Assembly (NCBI GenBank): GCA_038242555.1
Contig: JBBSRZ010000001.1
Span: 14,062-78,061 of the forward strand
Direction of reading: 5' to 3'
Length of the DNA: 64,000 nucleotides
From: Flavobacteriales bacterium
GTDB lineage: Bacteria; Bacteroidota; Bacteroidia; Flavobacteriales; Weeksellaceae
Part shown: positions 19,351-32,722 of the stretch, piece after piece
Position numbering within the stretch: position 1 is the stretch's first letter
How the letters are laid out: each line of letters begins with the position of its first letter
Made by a program: the position numbers and the translations under genes
The notes under the pieces: model-generated
The model's input: the letters and a program-made list of their open reading frames with translations, nothing else
Told to the model about the DNA's origin: nothing
The model's database searches: none

Positions 19351-20700
19351 ATGAAGCCCAGTTTAGCAAAAGGAACGCGAGATTTTTCTGCAGAAGAAGT
19401 TTATAGAAGAAAATTTATTATCAATATTTTACAAAAGAATTTTGAACTTTTTGGATTCCAACCGTTAGAGACGCCAAGTTTTGAAAATCTTTCTACTTTA
19501 ACAGGAAAGTATGGTGAAGAAGGAGATCGCTTAATTTTTAAGATTCTCAATTCTGGTGATTATGCTTCCAAAACAAAAGATGAAGATTGGACTGCAAAAA
19601 ATTCCCAAAAACTAATTTCGCAAATTTCAGAGAAAGCACTTCGTTATGACTTAACAGTTCCTTTCGCAAGATTTGTTGCGATGAACCACGGACAAATGAC
19701 CTTCCCTTTTAAGCGTTATCAGATTCAACCGGTTTGGCGGGCTGATCGTCCACAAAAAGGAAGGTTCCGTGAATTTTATCAGTGCGATGCAGATGTGGTC
19801 GGAAGTGTAAGTTTATGGCAGGAAGTAGAGTTGGTCCAGTTGTATTTAAAATCATTTTCAGAACTGAAAGTGAATGTTGTACTTCATTTAAATAACAGAA
19901 AAATCCTTTCTGGTTTAGCGGAATATGCCGGAATTCCTGATCAGTTAATTGATTTTACTGTTGCGCTCGATAAGTTGGATAAGATTGGAAAAGAGGGAGT
20001 TGTTAAAGAACTTTTAGAGAAGAATATCAATCAAGAATCAATTGATAAACTAGATTTTCTATTTGCTCAAAGTGAAAATGCTCTTAATAATTTTGTGCAA
20101 CTAAGAGAGAAATTTCAAGGAAATGAAATCGGAACAAGTGGAGTTGAAGAGTTGGAATTTGTATTAACCAAATGTTTTGAATTAGGGATTTCCGAAGAAA
20201 GTTTAAAATTCGATATCACTTTAGCCCGCGGTCTTGATTATTATACTGGAGCAATTTTCGAAGTAAAAGCCACAGATGTTGCTATGGGTTCTATTGGTGG
20301 CGGCGGTCGCTACGATAATTTAACTGAGGTTTTCGGTGTGAAAGATATTCCGGGAATCGGAATTTCTTTTGGACTGGATCGCATTTATTTGGTGATGGAA
20401 GAATTAGCCGTATTTCCGGAAGATTCAGTAAAAACCGTACAGTATCTGTTCGCTAATTACGGTGAAAATGAATCTTTAGCAGCGATGAAAGTTATTGGTC
20501 AACTTCGAGCAAATGGAATTTCCGCCGAATTGTATCCTGAATCTGCAAAATTGAAAAAACAATTTACTTACGCTGAAAAGAAAGGAATTCCCAACTTGGT
20601 TTTCTATGGAGAACAAGAAATTTCAGAAGGAAAGATTACCGTCAAGAATTTGAAAACTGGTGAGCAAATAATTCAAAAGACAGAAGAATTTCTGGGTTAA
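19351..20700 (+). CDS. hisS: Histidine--tRNA ligase
   Basis: [41 protein letters not shown]; ATG 19351 lies after TATTTTTG at 19285-19292. Confidence 0.97.
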   Translation: MKPSLAKGTRDFSAEEVYRRKFIINILQKNFELFGFQPLETPSFENLSTLTGKYGEEGDRLIFKILNSGDYASKTKDEDWTAKNSQKLISQISEKALRYDLTVPFARFVAMNHGQMTFPFKRYQIQPVWRADRPQKGRFREFYQCDADVVGSVSLWQEVELVQLYLKSFSELKVNVVLHLNNRKILSGLAEYAGIPDQLIDFTVALDKLDKIGKEGVVKELLEKNINQESIDKLDFLFAQSENALNNFVQLREKFQGNEIGTSGVEELEFVLTKCFELGISEESLKFDITLARGLDYYTGAIFEVKATDVAMGSIGGGGRYDNLTEVFGVKDIPGIGISFGLDRIYLVMEELAVFPEDSVKTVQYLFANYGENESLAAMKVIGQLRANGISAELYPESAKLKKQFTYAEKKGIPNLVFYGEQEISEGKITVKNLKTGEQIIQKTEEFLG

Positions 20701-20778
20701 TCAAAAACTCCTTGTCAAGGTTTGAACAGAAATGCTAAAATGATTTTTTCTTAAACGAGTTTATTTTAAAATTTTTAA

Positions 20779-21570
20779 ATGGAAAACTATCTCGACATCA
20801 ATCGTAAGTTGTGGAATGCAAAAGTAGATTCGCATTTAAAATCTGATTTTTATTTTGTGGATGAATTTATTAAAGGTAGAACTTCTCTAAACTCCATTGA
20901 ATTAGGTCTTTTAGGAGATATCAGAGGCAAAGAAATTCTGCATCTGCAATGCCATTTCGGGCAAGATTCTATTTCACTTTCTAGAATGGGCGCCAACGTT
21001 ATGGGAGTAGATTTGTCCGATAAAGCCATCGAAGCAGCGAAAGATTTAACCGAGAAATGCGGAACAGATACCCAGTTTATCGTTTCAGATGTGTATGAAT
21101 TACCAAATGTTTTACCTCAAAAATTTGATATTGTTTATACAAGTTATGGAGCAATTGGTTGGCTACCCGATTTGCAAAAGTGGGCAGAAGTGATTTCTCA
21201 TTTTTTAAAACCTGGTGGCAAACTGATCTTTGTGGAATTTCATCCCATCGTTTGGATGTTCGATGACGACTTTACTTTTGTGAAACACAGTTATTTTAAT
21301 GATGAACAAATCCTCGAAATCAATTATGGAACTTACGCTGATCGTACCGCAGATCTTGCAGATGAAGAAGTAAGTTGGAATCATTCGACGTCAGAAGTTT
21401 TGACCAGTTTATTAGATGAAAATCTGCAACTGAAATCATTTCAAGAATACAATTGGTCGCCGTATCCGTGTTTCCGACACATCGAAGAAATAGAAAAAGG
21501 AAAGTATCAAATTCCACAGTTTGGAAATAAGATTCCATTGGTTTTTTCGCTCGTCGCCGAAAAAAAATAA
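20779..21570 (+). CDS. Class I SAM-dependent methyltransferase
   Basis: LHLQCHFGQD, FDIVYTSYG, LKPGG. Confidence 0.9.
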   Translation: MENYLDINRKLWNAKVDSHLKSDFYFVDEFIKGRTSLNSIELGLLGDIRGKEILHLQCHFGQDSISLSRMGANVMGVDLSDKAIEAAKDLTEKCGTDTQFIVSDVYELPNVLPQKFDIVYTSYGAIGWLPDLQKWAEVISHFLKPGGKLIFVEFHPIVWMFDDDFTFVKHSYFNDEQILEINYGTYADRTADLADEEVSWNHSTSEVLTSLLDENLQLKSFQEYNWSPYPCFRHIEEIEKGKYQIPQFGNKIPLVFSLVAEKK

Positions 21571-21654
21571 AAGCACGTAATTTTGCTTTTGATTCACAAA
21601 AATTTGTATCATTGCAAATCTGAAATTTACGTTGTAAAGTTCAGCATCCACAAC

Positions 21655-21728
21655 GGGGGATTAGCTCATCTGGCTAGAGCGTTTGACTGGCAGTCAAAAG
21701 GTGGTCGGTTCGATCCCGATATCCTCCA
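21655..21728 (+). tRNA. tRNA-Ala(GGC)
   Basis: Cloverleaf: acceptor GGGGGAT/ATCCTCC with G3:U70, D arm GCTC/GAGC, anticodon arm TTTGA-CTGGCAG-TCAAA, T loop TTCGATC; CCA not encoded. Confidence 0.96.
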
Positions 21729-21729
21729 C

Positions 21730-21760
21730 AACCACTTATTTTCTAGTAAGTGGTTTTTTT
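21730..21760 (+). terminator. Terminator after tRNA-Ala
   Basis: aaccacttatt-ttct-agtaagtggtt plus T run. Confidence 0.8.
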
Positions 21761-21821
21761 ATTGCTTTTTTTAGAACGCAGATTTGACTTCGTCGAAAGG
21801 CTTTTTTAATAATTTTGTTTT

Positions 21822-21907
21822 GGGCGCCTTTTCCGCCCTCCGTTCCCAATCTTTTTTTTCTCGTCCGGCGACGAGACAAAAAAGGATTTCCACTCAAGTC
21901 GGGGCGC
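21822..21907 (-). repeat. GC-rich intergenic REP/MITE-like element (GGAAATCC family)
   Basis: Reverse complement gccccgacttgagtggaaatcc...agattgggaacggagggcgg; related to copies at 32540, 38762 and 49359. Confidence 0.6.
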
Positions 21908-21934
21908 AATTTCCACTACTTAGAAAAGGTGTAA

Positions 21935-22950
21935 TTAGTTAGAAAATATAGGATTTAAAAAAGCCGTCAATCCTTTCAATAAATTAATTTGATTCTTTGT
22001 TCGATCTAAGTTTTGATAATCATATGTAGTACTGTAATAAACATCGCTGTTTAAGAAGTCGGTCAAAAATCGAATTGCCTGAATATAGATAACCAGTTTT
22101 GCTGCGTAATCCAGATTTTCTAATTCAATCGTAGTTAAAATATCTTTTAAGTAAAATAGAAATCCGTCTTTTACCGCAGCATAAGTTTCTGAATTAAAAT
22201 TTTCTATCGAAGAACCATCATCTTCAACAGCAATATTCGTGTAAGACCGAATCATATCCCCAAAATCGTAAAGAATCGTTCCATTCATCATCGTATCCAA
22301 ATCGATAACTGCAATCGCTTTATTTTCTCTGTTAAATAGAATATTACTGATTTTCGGATCTGCATGAATAATCCTGATCGGTAAAGATTGATCGCTTTGT
22401 AATTCAATCCATTTATCTGAAAGTGATAGATGTTCCAGAATAAAATTGATTTCGTTTTCCGCTAATTTTTTTCTTTCTGTTTCTTGAATTATCGCAGTTT
22501 TGAAATCATTAATTCTCTTTTCAAAATTAATAAAATCTGGAAGTGTTTCTTCTAAAATGATTGCTTCCTGATTGATGATTTTGTAAAATTGACTCAAACA
22601 TTTTGTAGCTTCAAAAGCAATTTCTGTAGACGACGGTTTCAAAAAAGTAACCGAGTTCTCCAGATACTCGAACATTCGCCAAGCTTCATTATCTTTTTCA
22701 AATAGTAAAACATTTGATAAGGTTGGAATTAATTTAACCGTCCTTTTTGAATAGTCCGACTTTTCTAAAGTTTCATTAATCTTCAAATGATTCCTCTGAA
22801 TTCCTTTCGGATTTTTAAAAATTTGAGTATTGATCTTTTGTAAAATGAATTTAGTGCGCGCCGTTTCTACTAAATAAGTACTATTTATCAAACCATTTTC
22901 AATCGGCATAATTGATAAAATTTCTGCCGAATCTAAAAAGTGTCCGATGA

Positions 22951-22966
<16 letters not shown>
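21935..22966 (-). CDS. APH-fold phosphotransferase, N-acetylhexosamine 1-kinase-like
   Basis: GLINSTY, LQKIN, IHADPKISN, IDLDT, DFGDMIRS. Confidence 0.82.
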
Positions 22967-25264
<2,298 letters not shown>

Positions 25265-25647
25265 TTACAAACTTAGAAAGAATTATAGATTTATGCTCAT
25301 TAAGAGAGAATAATTGACTCATAAACGAAATTATTAATGAATTATAGCTATTTATATTTAAACGACTTGTGTCTATTTTTAAATTTTTTGTAATTCAATA
25401 ACGAATTATTCTAAAACAATCTTTGGCTTAACTCAGCCTCGAAATTTTGTTTTTTTATATTTGAATTCACTCTATTGTCGCAAGAGTTCGCATGTGCGAA
25501 TTTCTACGTAAGTCGAAAAGTTTCCCTGGTTATATTTTATTTTAAATTAACATTAATCAAGTTTTTGGTGCAGAATTATATCAATCTTTAAACCGTCGGT
25601 ATAAACTCTAACAATCGCACCTTATTTATTATCTTCTAAAATTGTCG

Positions 25648-25655
25648 TATTTTTG
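25648..25655 (+). promoter_or_regulatory. -7 promoter element for uvrA
   Basis: TATTTTTG 35 nt before ATG. Confidence 0.6.
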
Positions 25656-25690
25656 CAGAATTCCAAAAATTCAAATTTTGGACCTCAAAA

Positions 25691-28522
25691 ATGAAAGATC
25701 AGAAAGAATATATAGAAGTTTACGGCGCTCGTGAACACAACTTAAAAAATATTGATGTTAAAATTCCACGAAATGAACTGGTTGTAATTACTGGACTTTC
25801 AGGTAGTGGTAAATCATCACTCGCTTTTGACACCATCTTCGCTGAAGGACAAAGAAGATATATTGAAACTTTTTCAGCCTATGCTCGACAATTCCTCGGT
25901 GGTTTAGAAAGACCAGACGTAGATAAAATTGACGGACTCTCGCCAGTAATTGCAATTGAACAAAAAACGACGAACAAAAATCCGCGGTCAACTGTTGGAA
26001 CGGTAACCGAATTATACGATTTTTTACGTCTGCTTTTTGCGCGTGTTTCAGATGCCTATTCTTTAACGACCGGACAGCGTCTGGTAAGTTATACGGAAGA
26101 GCAAATTTTAGAGGCGATCACCAATAATTACAAAGGAGAAAAAGTAATGTTGCTCGCGCCAGTGGTGCGTTCCCGAAAAGGACATTACCATGAACTTTTT
26201 GTTCAGATGGCCAAGAAAGGATACAGCCAAGCTAGAATCGATGGCGAAATTCTGGACATCGAATACGATTTAAAACTCGACCGTTATAAAACCCACGATA
26301 TTGATATCATTATTGATCGCTGGATTATCGGCGAAAGCGCGTCTGAAGGACGTATGGAAAAGTCGCTGAAAACGGCTTTGCAAATGGGTGAAGGTGTTAT
26401 TGGAATTCAAAAATTAGGAGAAGGAAATATAGAATATTTTTCTAAAAACTTAATGGACGCTGATACGGGTTATTCCTTGGCTTTGCCAGAACCTAATACC
26501 TTCTCTTTTAATTCCCCTAAAGGAAGTTGCCCGTACTGTAAAGGTTTGGGAACGGTTAAAAAAGTGAACACCGATTATTTTGTCGATAATCCCAAGTTAT
26601 CCATTAATCAAGGAGGATTATTGCCGTTAGAAGATATTAAATCTAACAAATGGATTTTAGGCCAAATCAAAAATATATTAGAAATCTACGGATTAGATTT
26701 ATCGACACCAATGAAAGATGTGCCGAAAGAGGCGCTAGACTTTATATATAACGGATGTCATAAAGAAATCAATAAAGATTTAAAACACGCTGGCATCAAC
26801 AAGAAGATTAAAGTCAATTTTGATGGTTTAGTTTCTTTGATTAATGAAATGATCGACGATAAAGAAAGTTACGACGCAACTTTGTTAGAACGTCATTTTA
26901 CGACGGAAGAAATATGTCCAGAATGTCACGGAACGCGTTTGCAACCTTCCAGTTTAAGTTTTAAAATCGATGGTAAAAACATTGCAGAAATCAATGCGTT
27001 GTCTTTATTGGATTTAAAAGATTGGTTGATTCAAGTTGAAGATAAGTTCAGCAAGAATAACAAAATTATCGCTCACGAAATCCTGAAAGAAATCAAAACG
27101 CGACTGCAATTTTTGTTAGATGTTGGTTTGGATTATCTGAGTTTGAGCAGAAGTTCCAGAACCCTTTCTGGAGGAGAATCACAGCGAATTCGTTTAGCAA
27201 CGCAAATCGGTTCTCAGTTGGTGAATGTTCTTTATATTTTAGATGAGCCATCGATTGGTTTGCATCAAAGAGATAATGAGCGACTAATTGCTTCATTAAA
27301 AAATCTGCGTGATATCGGAAATTCAGTTATCGTTGTTGAACATGACAAAGATATGATAATGGAAGCCGATGAAGTTTTGGATATTGGTCCACGCGCAGGT
27401 AAATTTGGTGGTGAAGTTTTATGGCAAGGAAAACCCGAAGATCTACTAAAAGCAGATACCATCACCGCAGATTATTTAACTGGAAAACGTAAAATAGAAA
27501 TTCCGGAAGTACGCCGAGAAGGGAATGGGAAATCAATAGTTCTAAAAGGTGCGACTGGGAATAATCTTAAAAATGTTAATGTAGAAATACCACTCGGGAA
27601 ACTGGTGGTCGTTACAGGAATATCAGGAAGTGGAAAATCTTCTTTGATTAATGGAACTTTGTATCCGATTTTAAATCAACATTTCTATAGAGCGGTGAAA
27701 GAACCTTTACCCTATAAAAAGATTGAAGGAATTGATAATATCGACAAAATTGTAGATGTTGATCAAACTCCGATTGGTCGTACGCCACGATCTAATCCTG
27801 CAACTTATACGGGAATGTTTACGGAAATTAGAAATCTTTTTGCAGAACTTCCAGAATCTAAAATTAGAGGATATAAAGCCGGACGATTTTCATTTAATGT
27901 TAAAGGTGGACGTTGCGAAACCTGTCAAGGTGGTGGTTTAAAGGTTATTGAAATGAACTTCTTACCTGATGTTTATGTCCATTGTGAAACCTGTAATGGA
28001 AAACGTTTCAACCGAGAAACGTTAGAAGTTCGATACAAAGGAAAATCAATTTCTGATGTTTTAGAAATGACAATTGATGAAGCGACGGATTTTTTCCAGC
28101 CTATTCCTAAAATTTACATGAAAGTGAAAACGATGCAGGATGTTGGTTTGGGATATATAACACTTGGTCAACAATCTACAACCTTAAGTGGAGGCGAAGC
28201 TCAGCGAATTAAATTGGCCACAGAATTATCAAAAAGACAAACAGGAAATACCTTATATATTTTAGATGAACCTACAACAGGGTTGCATTTTGAAGATGTA
28301 AAAGTTTTGATGGATGCGATCAGTAAATTGGTTGATTTAGGAAATTCGTTTATTATTATTGAACATAACTTAGATGTTATTAAACTAGCAGATCATATTA
28401 TTGATGTTGGTCCAGAAGGTGGTTTTCGCGGGGGAGAAATCATTGCAAAAGGAACTCCGGAAGAAGTCTCAAAATCCAGAAAAAGTCTAACAGCGAAGTT
28501 CTTGAAAAGAGAATTGAATTAA
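25691..28522 (+). CDS. uvrA: Excinuclease ABC subunit A
   Basis: Two ABC cassettes ([21 protein letters not shown]) and CxxC zinc fingers. Confidence 0.98.
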   Translation: MKDQKEYIEVYGAREHNLKNIDVKIPRNELVVITGLSGSGKSSLAFDTIFAEGQRRYIETFSAYARQFLGGLERPDVDKIDGLSPVIAIEQKTTNKNPRSTVGTVTELYDFLRLLFARVSDAYSLTTGQRLVSYTEEQILEAITNNYKGEKVMLLAPVVRSRKGHYHELFVQMAKKGYSQARIDGEILDIEYDLKLDRYKTHDIDIIIDRWIIGESASEGRMEKSLKTALQMGEGVIGIQKLGEGNIEYFSKNLMDADTGYSLALPEPNTFSFNSPKGSCPYCKGLGTVKKVNTDYFVDNPKLSINQGGLLPLEDIKSNKWILGQIKNILEIYGLDLSTPMKDVPKEALDFIYNGCHKEINKDLKHAGINKKIKVNFDGLVSLINEMIDDKESYDATLLERHFTTEEICPECHGTRLQPSSLSFKIDGKNIAEINALSLLDLKDWLIQVEDKFSKNNKIIAHEILKEIKTRLQFLLDVGLDYLSLSRSSRTLSGGESQRIRLATQIGSQLVNVLYILDEPSIGLHQRDNERLIASLKNLRDIGNSVIVVEHDKDMIMEADEVLDIGPRAGKFGGEVLWQGKPEDLLKADTITADYLTGKRKIEIPEVRREGNGKSIVLKGATGNNLKNVNVEIPLGKLVVVTGISGSGKSSLINGTLYPILNQHFYRAVKEPLPYKKIEGIDNIDKIVDVDQTPIGRTPRSNPATYTGMFTEIRNLFAELPESKIRGYKAGRFSFNVKGGRCETCQGGGLKVIEMNFLPDVYVHCETCNGKRFNRETLEVRYKGKSISDVLEMTIDEATDFFQPIPKIYMKVKTMQDVGLGYITLGQQSTTLSGGEAQRIKLATELSKRQTGNTLYILDEPTTGLHFEDVKVLMDAISKLVDLGNSFIIIEHNLDVIKLADHIIDVGPEGGFRGGEIIAKGTPEEVSKSRKSLTAKFLKRELN

Positions 28523-28578
28523 TTTCTAAATTACAAAACGTCGGGAAAATACTTATCGACCAAATAAAATCTTGATCT

Positions 28579-29076
28579 ATGAATTACGAAATACGCCCGA
28601 TGCAGCCAGAAGATGGCGAAAAAGTTTTAGATATTTTTCAGCAAGGAATCAATGGTGGAAATGCAACCTTCGATAAAGTGGCTCCGACTTGGGAAGCCTG
28701 GGATGCGAAGCATTTTAATATTTGTCGTTTTGTTTTAGAAGATGAAACCAATGAAGTTGTGGGTTGGTGCGCATTGCAGCCGATGAGCAATCGAGATTGT
28801 TTCAAAGGAGTTGCCGAAGTAAGTATTTATCTTGATAGTACTGTTCAAGGAAGAGGATTGGGAACAGTTCTGATGAAAAAATTAATTCTGGACAGCGAAG
28901 AACATGATTTCTGGACTTTACAAGCAGGCGTTTTCCCGGAAAATTTCGTCAGTGTTAAAATTCATGAAAAGCATGGTTTCCGTGTTGTCGGTACAAGAGA
29001 GAAAATTGGGAAAATGAACGACCAATGGCGAGATATTATTTTATTGGAAAGGAGGAGTAAAAACTTAAAGAATTAA
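28579..29076 (+). CDS. GNAT phosphinothricin/methionine sulfoximine N-acetyltransferase-like
   Basis: AEVSIY, GRGLG, WTLQAG, GFRVVG, WRD. Confidence 0.87.
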   Translation: MNYEIRPMQPEDGEKVLDIFQQGINGGNATFDKVAPTWEAWDAKHFNICRFVLEDETNEVVGWCALQPMSNRDCFKGVAEVSIYLDSTVQGRGLGTVLMKKLILDSEEHDFWTLQAGVFPENFVSVKIHEKHGFRVVGTREKIGKMNDQWRDIILLERRSKNLKN

Positions 29077-29118
29077 TTTGAATTCTTCATTTTAAATTAA
29101 AAGGAGATATAATATAAG

Positions 29119-29155
29119 AACGGTGACGAACGAAAGTTTGTCGCCGTTTTCTTTT
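29119..29155 (+). terminator. Intrinsic terminator with GAAA loop
   Basis: aacggtgacgaac-gaaa-gtttgtcgccgtt followed by T residues. Confidence 0.75.
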
Positions 29156-29302
29156 ATGTTAAATTGAATAGTATTTCTCCGTAATTTTTATAAAAGAGTT
29201 TACCTGCATTTCTTTATGACCATTTCTATAGTATAGGTCATCTTCAAAAATTATCCGATGTTTAGCGAAAAGTTCTAATTAGTTTTCTGGTGTTCTATTC
29301 GT

Positions 29303-29318
29303 TGGCACTAACATTGAA
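29303..29318 (+). promoter_or_regulatory. sigma54-like promoter
   Basis: TGGCACTAACATTGAA, 28 nt before ATG 29347. Confidence 0.5.
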
Positions 29319-29346
29319 AGTGTTACAATAAGCTAAAAAATTACAA

Positions 29347-30048
29347 ATGAATAATTTAATAAAAATACTTTTAGGCACCGGATTAGCGATCACGCTAAAT
29401 TCCTGTGGCATGATGCAGGAACCTTACGGAAATAACAATCAGAATTATCCTAATAACTATCCAAACCAAGGACAAAATAACGGAGACGTTTATCGAGCCA
29501 ATGATGGACAAGTTTACCGAAGAGGTGAAGTTTACAGAGATCGAAACGGGAACGTTTATCAAAATGGTAGAGTTGTTCGCACAAATGATGTCACGGGAAG
29601 ACCTGGGATTTTAACAGGAAACGGAAATAACAATCAGAACAATTATCCCAATAACTATCCCAACCAAGGACAAAATAACGGAAACGTTTATCGAGCCAAT
29701 GATGGACAAGTTTACAGAAGAGGAGAGGTTTACAGAGATCGGAACGGAAACGTTTATCAGAACGGGAGAGTAGTTCGTACAAATGATGTCACTGGAAGAC
29801 CAGGGATTTTACAAGGAAACGGAAATAACAATGTCTATTATCCGAACCAAAAGAATAAATCCAATCAGAATGCCCGCGGAAATAACCGAAATGGAAATAA
29901 GTCTGAAGGATATAACAAAACCGAACAGTACAAATTCAAGAAGAAAAAAAAGAATTCAGATGATGACAACCGTTCAAATAGAAATTATAAACAGTACGGA
30001 AAGAAGAACAAAAACGACAAAAAGGAAAATGATCGTGATGACGATTAA
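29347..30048 (+). CDS. Lipoprotein with a 66-aa tandem duplication and a basic/acidic tail
   Basis: Lipobox LNS|C at Cys20; N/G/R/Y-rich repeats. Confidence 0.85.
   Translation: MNNLIKILLGTGLAITLNSCGMMQEPYGNNNQNYPNNYPNQGQNNGDVYRANDGQVYRRGEVYRDRNGNVYQNGRVVRTNDVTGRPGILTGNGNNNQNNYPNNYPNQGQNNGNVYRANDGQVYRRGEVYRDRNGNVYQNGRVVRTNDVTGRPGILQGNGNNNVYYPNQKNKSNQNARGNNRNGNKSEGYNKTEQYKFKKKKKNSDDDNRSNRNYKQYGKKNKNDKKENDRDDD
29428..29832 (+). repeat. Intragenic tandem duplication, about 198-bp unit x2
   Basis: tatcgagccaatgatggac at 29491 and 29689; the copies differ mostly at synonymous sites. Confidence 0.9.
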
Positions 30049-30052
30049 AAAC

Positions 30053-30086
30053 AAAAAAAGCGGGAAATTTATTTCCCGCTTTTTTT
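30053..30086. terminator. Bidirectional terminator
   Basis: aaaaaaagcgggaaat-tt-atttcccgcttttttt. Confidence 0.85.
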
Positions 30087-30103
30087 CTGACTAATTGGTC
30101 GAT

Positions 30104-30352
30104 CTATTGGTCGATCGAGCCTAAAACCTTTTTTGCAAAAGAATTCAAAGCATCTCTTTCTGCCATTCCACCGGCCACATTACTGTGAACTTCTATTGCT
30201 CCACAGATGTTGGTAATCAATTCTCCCACAACATTTAAATCTTCGTCGGTTGTTCCGCGGAACTCTGAAAAAGCATCTAAAACTTCGAGTGTTTTCTCTA
30301 AGGATTCAGTTGTCTGAGTTTGATATAATTGTCTGATAATCGGAAGTTTCAT
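30104..30352 (-). CDS. Conserved small protein (DUF6952-like)
   Basis: MKLPIIR...GELITNICGAIEV...ALNSFAKKVLGSID; start overlaps the trx stop codon. Confidence 0.75.
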   Translation of the reverse strand: MKLPIIRQLYQTQTTESLEKTLEVLDAFSEFRGTTDEDLNVVGELITNICGAIEVHSNVAGGMAERDALNSFAKKVLGSIDQ

Positions 30353-30660
30353 TAGTTTAATTCTTTAAAAAGATTAATAAGACTTTCAGTCTGATTAGAT
30401 TGAACCTGGTTAACAAGTTCGCCATTTTTAAAAATTGCAAACGTTGGTAAATTATCAACTTTCGCTAATTTTCTACTTTCAGGCAATTTTTCAGCATCCA
30501 CATATAAAAATGGAATCTCCTCATTTTCTGAAGCTAACTTTTTAAATTTCGGCTTCATAATTCTACAGTTTCCACACCAAGTAGCGCCATATTGTACGAC
30601 TACTTTTTCATTATCGGCAACAATTTGTTGCAACGTATCATCTGCTAATTCTGTATACAT
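30352..30660 (-). CDS. Thioredoxin family protein (WCGNC)
   Basis: WCGNC active site, cis-Pro motif LPTF. Confidence 0.92.
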   Translation of the reverse strand: MYTELADDTLQQIVADNEKVVVQYGATWCGNCRIMKPKFKKLASENEEIPFLYVDAEKLPESRKLAKVDNLPTFAIFKNGELVNQVQSNQTESLINLFKELN

Positions 30661-30667
30661 ATTAGGT

Positions 30668-31303
30668 TTATTTTTGTTGAGCTAAATATTCTGCAGTCGA
30701 CGTTCTGTTGGCTTGCATTGCATCTTTTCCTTCTTCCCAGTTTGCTGGGCAAACTTCACCATGTTTTTGAACGTGCGAATAAGCGTCGATCATTCTTAAG
30801 AATTCTTTTACGTTTCTACCTAAAGGCATATCGTTAACTGCTTCGTGGAATACTTTACCAGTTTCGTCAATTAAATAAGTTGCTCTGTAAGTAACGTTTG
30901 AACCCGTGAAAGATTCGTTTCCTTCTTCATCATAATCAAAGTCTTGATCTACGATTCCTAACAAGTTCGCTAATTGTCTGTGCGTATCTGCTAAGATCGG
31001 ATAAGTAATTCCTTCGATACCACCGTTATCTTTTGGAGTATTTAACCATGCAAAGTGAACTTCGTTGGTATCACAAGATGCTCCAATTACTTTGGTGTTT
31101 CTTTTTTCAAATTCAGTTAAAGTGTCTTGAAAAGCGTGTAATTCTGTTGGGCAAACAAAAGTGAAATCTTTTGGATACCAGAATAAAAGAACTTTTTGTT
31201 GGTTTTTAGTTGCTTCTTCAAAGATGTTAATTTTTAAATCGTCTCCCATTTCTGACATTGCGTCTATTGAAACATTTGGAAATTTTCTACCTACTAATGA
31301 CAT
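30668..31303 (-). CDS. ahpC: 2-Cys peroxiredoxin (AhpC)
   Basis: PKDFTFVCPTE and GEVCPANW. Confidence 0.93.
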   Translation of the reverse strand: MSLVGRKFPNVSIDAMSEMGDDLKINIFEEATKNQQKVLLFWYPKDFTFVCPTELHAFQDTLTEFEKRNTKVIGASCDTNEVHFAWLNTPKDNGGIEGITYPILADTHRQLANLLGIVDQDFDYDEEGNESFTGSNVTYRATYLIDETGKVFHEAVNDMPLGRNVKEFLRMIDAYSHVQKHGEVCPANWEEGKDAMQANRTSTAEYLAQQK

Positions 31304-31448
31304 ATTATATTGTTTTTAAAATTTGTAGTACAAAAGTACAGAGTTTTTATCAATCAAAAAATCATTTTCGATTTATTTCATCTATAACTAGCAATGATGC
31401 TCCGAATTTAAAATTAATGTTATAATTTCACAAAACAAAACTTTCACC

Positions 31449-31949
31449 ATGAAAAATGTACTGATTATTATCATTGTGGCCTTTATCTTGATTCAGTTTT
31501 TCCCAATTGATAAAAATAATCCGGTTGCAACTCCAAACATGGATTTTCTTAAAATAAAAAACACTCCCGAAAAAACTGCTAATTTAATTAGAAACTCTTG
31601 TTATGATTGTCACAGCAACGAATCAAAGTATCCTTGGTATTCAAACGTTCAGCCGTTCGGTTGGTTTTTAGCGGATCATATTACAGAAGGAAGAAAAGAA
31701 TTAAATTTTTCGACTTTTGCTACTTACGAAAAGAAAAGACAAGTAAAGAAAATGGAGGAGGTTATTGAAATGATCGAAAATAATGAAATGCCTCTAGACT
31801 CTTACGTTATTGCGCATCCCGAAGCGAAATTAACTGCAGCACAAAAAACAGAACTTATTGATTATTTCAAACTAATTTCGCAAGATGTGCGGATCTTAAA
31901 TGATATTCCTGCAGGCGTTGAAAAATCTGATTTTAAAATTACAAAATGA
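31449..31949 (+). CDS. Heme-binding (Haem_bd, c-type) domain protein
   Basis: CYDCH, YPWY, GRKELNFS, EMPL; N-terminal anchor. Confidence 0.87.
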   Translation: MKNVLIIIIVAFILIQFFPIDKNNPVATPNMDFLKIKNTPEKTANLIRNSCYDCHSNESKYPWYSNVQPFGWFLADHITEGRKELNFSTFATYEKKRQVKKMEEVIEMIENNEMPLDSYVIAHPEAKLTAAQKTELIDYFKLISQDVRILNDIPAGVEKSDFKITK

Positions 31950-32356
31950 TAAATACTGATAAGACAAAATATTACGTTTTTTATGATGGTGAATGTGGCT
32001 TCTGTAACTTTTGGGTTCACTGGATCCTAAAGAAAGATTCTAAAGATAATTTTCTTTTTGCTTCGTTGCAATCAGAGTTTGGACAAGAATTTTTGAAGCA
32101 CCGAAATTTAGAGTTGAAAGATTTAGACACGCTTTACCTTTGGAAACCAGAAAAATATTATTTGCAAAAATCACATGCGGTTTTCAAAATTTGCGAAGTG
32201 ATCGGTGGCGAATATAAATTGCTGTCTTATCTCCGTCATTTACCGACCGCACTTACAGACTTCTTCTACGACAAAATTGCGGAAAATAGAAAAAAATTGG
32301 CATCGCAAACCTGCGAACTGCCGACTCCAGAAGAGCGTAAAAAACTGATCAATTAA
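31946..32356 (+). CDS. DCC1-like thiol-disulfide oxidoreductase (DUF393)
   Basis: YDGECGFC, FASLQS, YDKIAENR. Confidence 0.9.
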   Translation: MINTDKTKYYVFYDGECGFCNFWVHWILKKDSKDNFLFASLQSEFGQEFLKHRNLELKDLDTLYLWKPEKYYLQKSHAVFKICEVIGGEYKLLSYLRHLPTALTDFFYDKIAENRKKLASQTCELPTPEERKKLIN

Positions 32357-32539
32357 AGATAACTTGTCATAGAATTAAGATGGTTTAAAAGGAGTTGGGA
32401 TAATTTGAATCTCGCGCTTTTCTGTTTCGGCCATTTCCAATAACAATTATTAGAGGATATTAAAGTTGTGGGTGGTGAGATTTTTATTTAAATCAAAAAT
32501 TGTCTATTTATAGAAAGTCTTAATTTCTTGCAATGTTCT

Positions 32540-32666
32540 GCGTGAGGGCGGAGGCGGAAATCCTATATTTTAATGTTCTTTTCTTCTAAATAAAATTTCT
32601 CTGCAAATAGATTAGAAGCCGCAGACCGACCCTAGCAAGGCAATTGAAGTGGCGAGGGACACGCCC
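32540..32666 (+). repeat. GGAAATCC-family intergenic element
   Basis: gcgtgagggcggaggcggaaatcc...agatt...ccgaccc...agggacacgccc. Confidence 0.6.
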
Positions 32667-32722
32667 AAATATTTCTAACATTCTCAAACTTTTAAACTTA
32701 ACAAATTCTTATATTTGCAGCC

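Noticed and set aside
21583-21774. 63-aa ORF over the tRNA
   Set aside because: It overlaps a clear tRNA-Ala and its terminator.
25560-25690. SOS box upstream of uvrA
   Set aside because: No convincing CTGT-N8-ACAG or GGA-N5-TCC palindrome found by eye.
29428-29832. CRISPR-like repeat
   Set aside because: In-frame 198-bp coding duplication with no repeat-spacer structure and no cas genes.
31349-31385. OxyR box upstream of ahpC
   Set aside because: The spacing fits 37 bp, but only one of the four ATAG/CTAT tetramers matches fully; too weak in AT-rich DNA.
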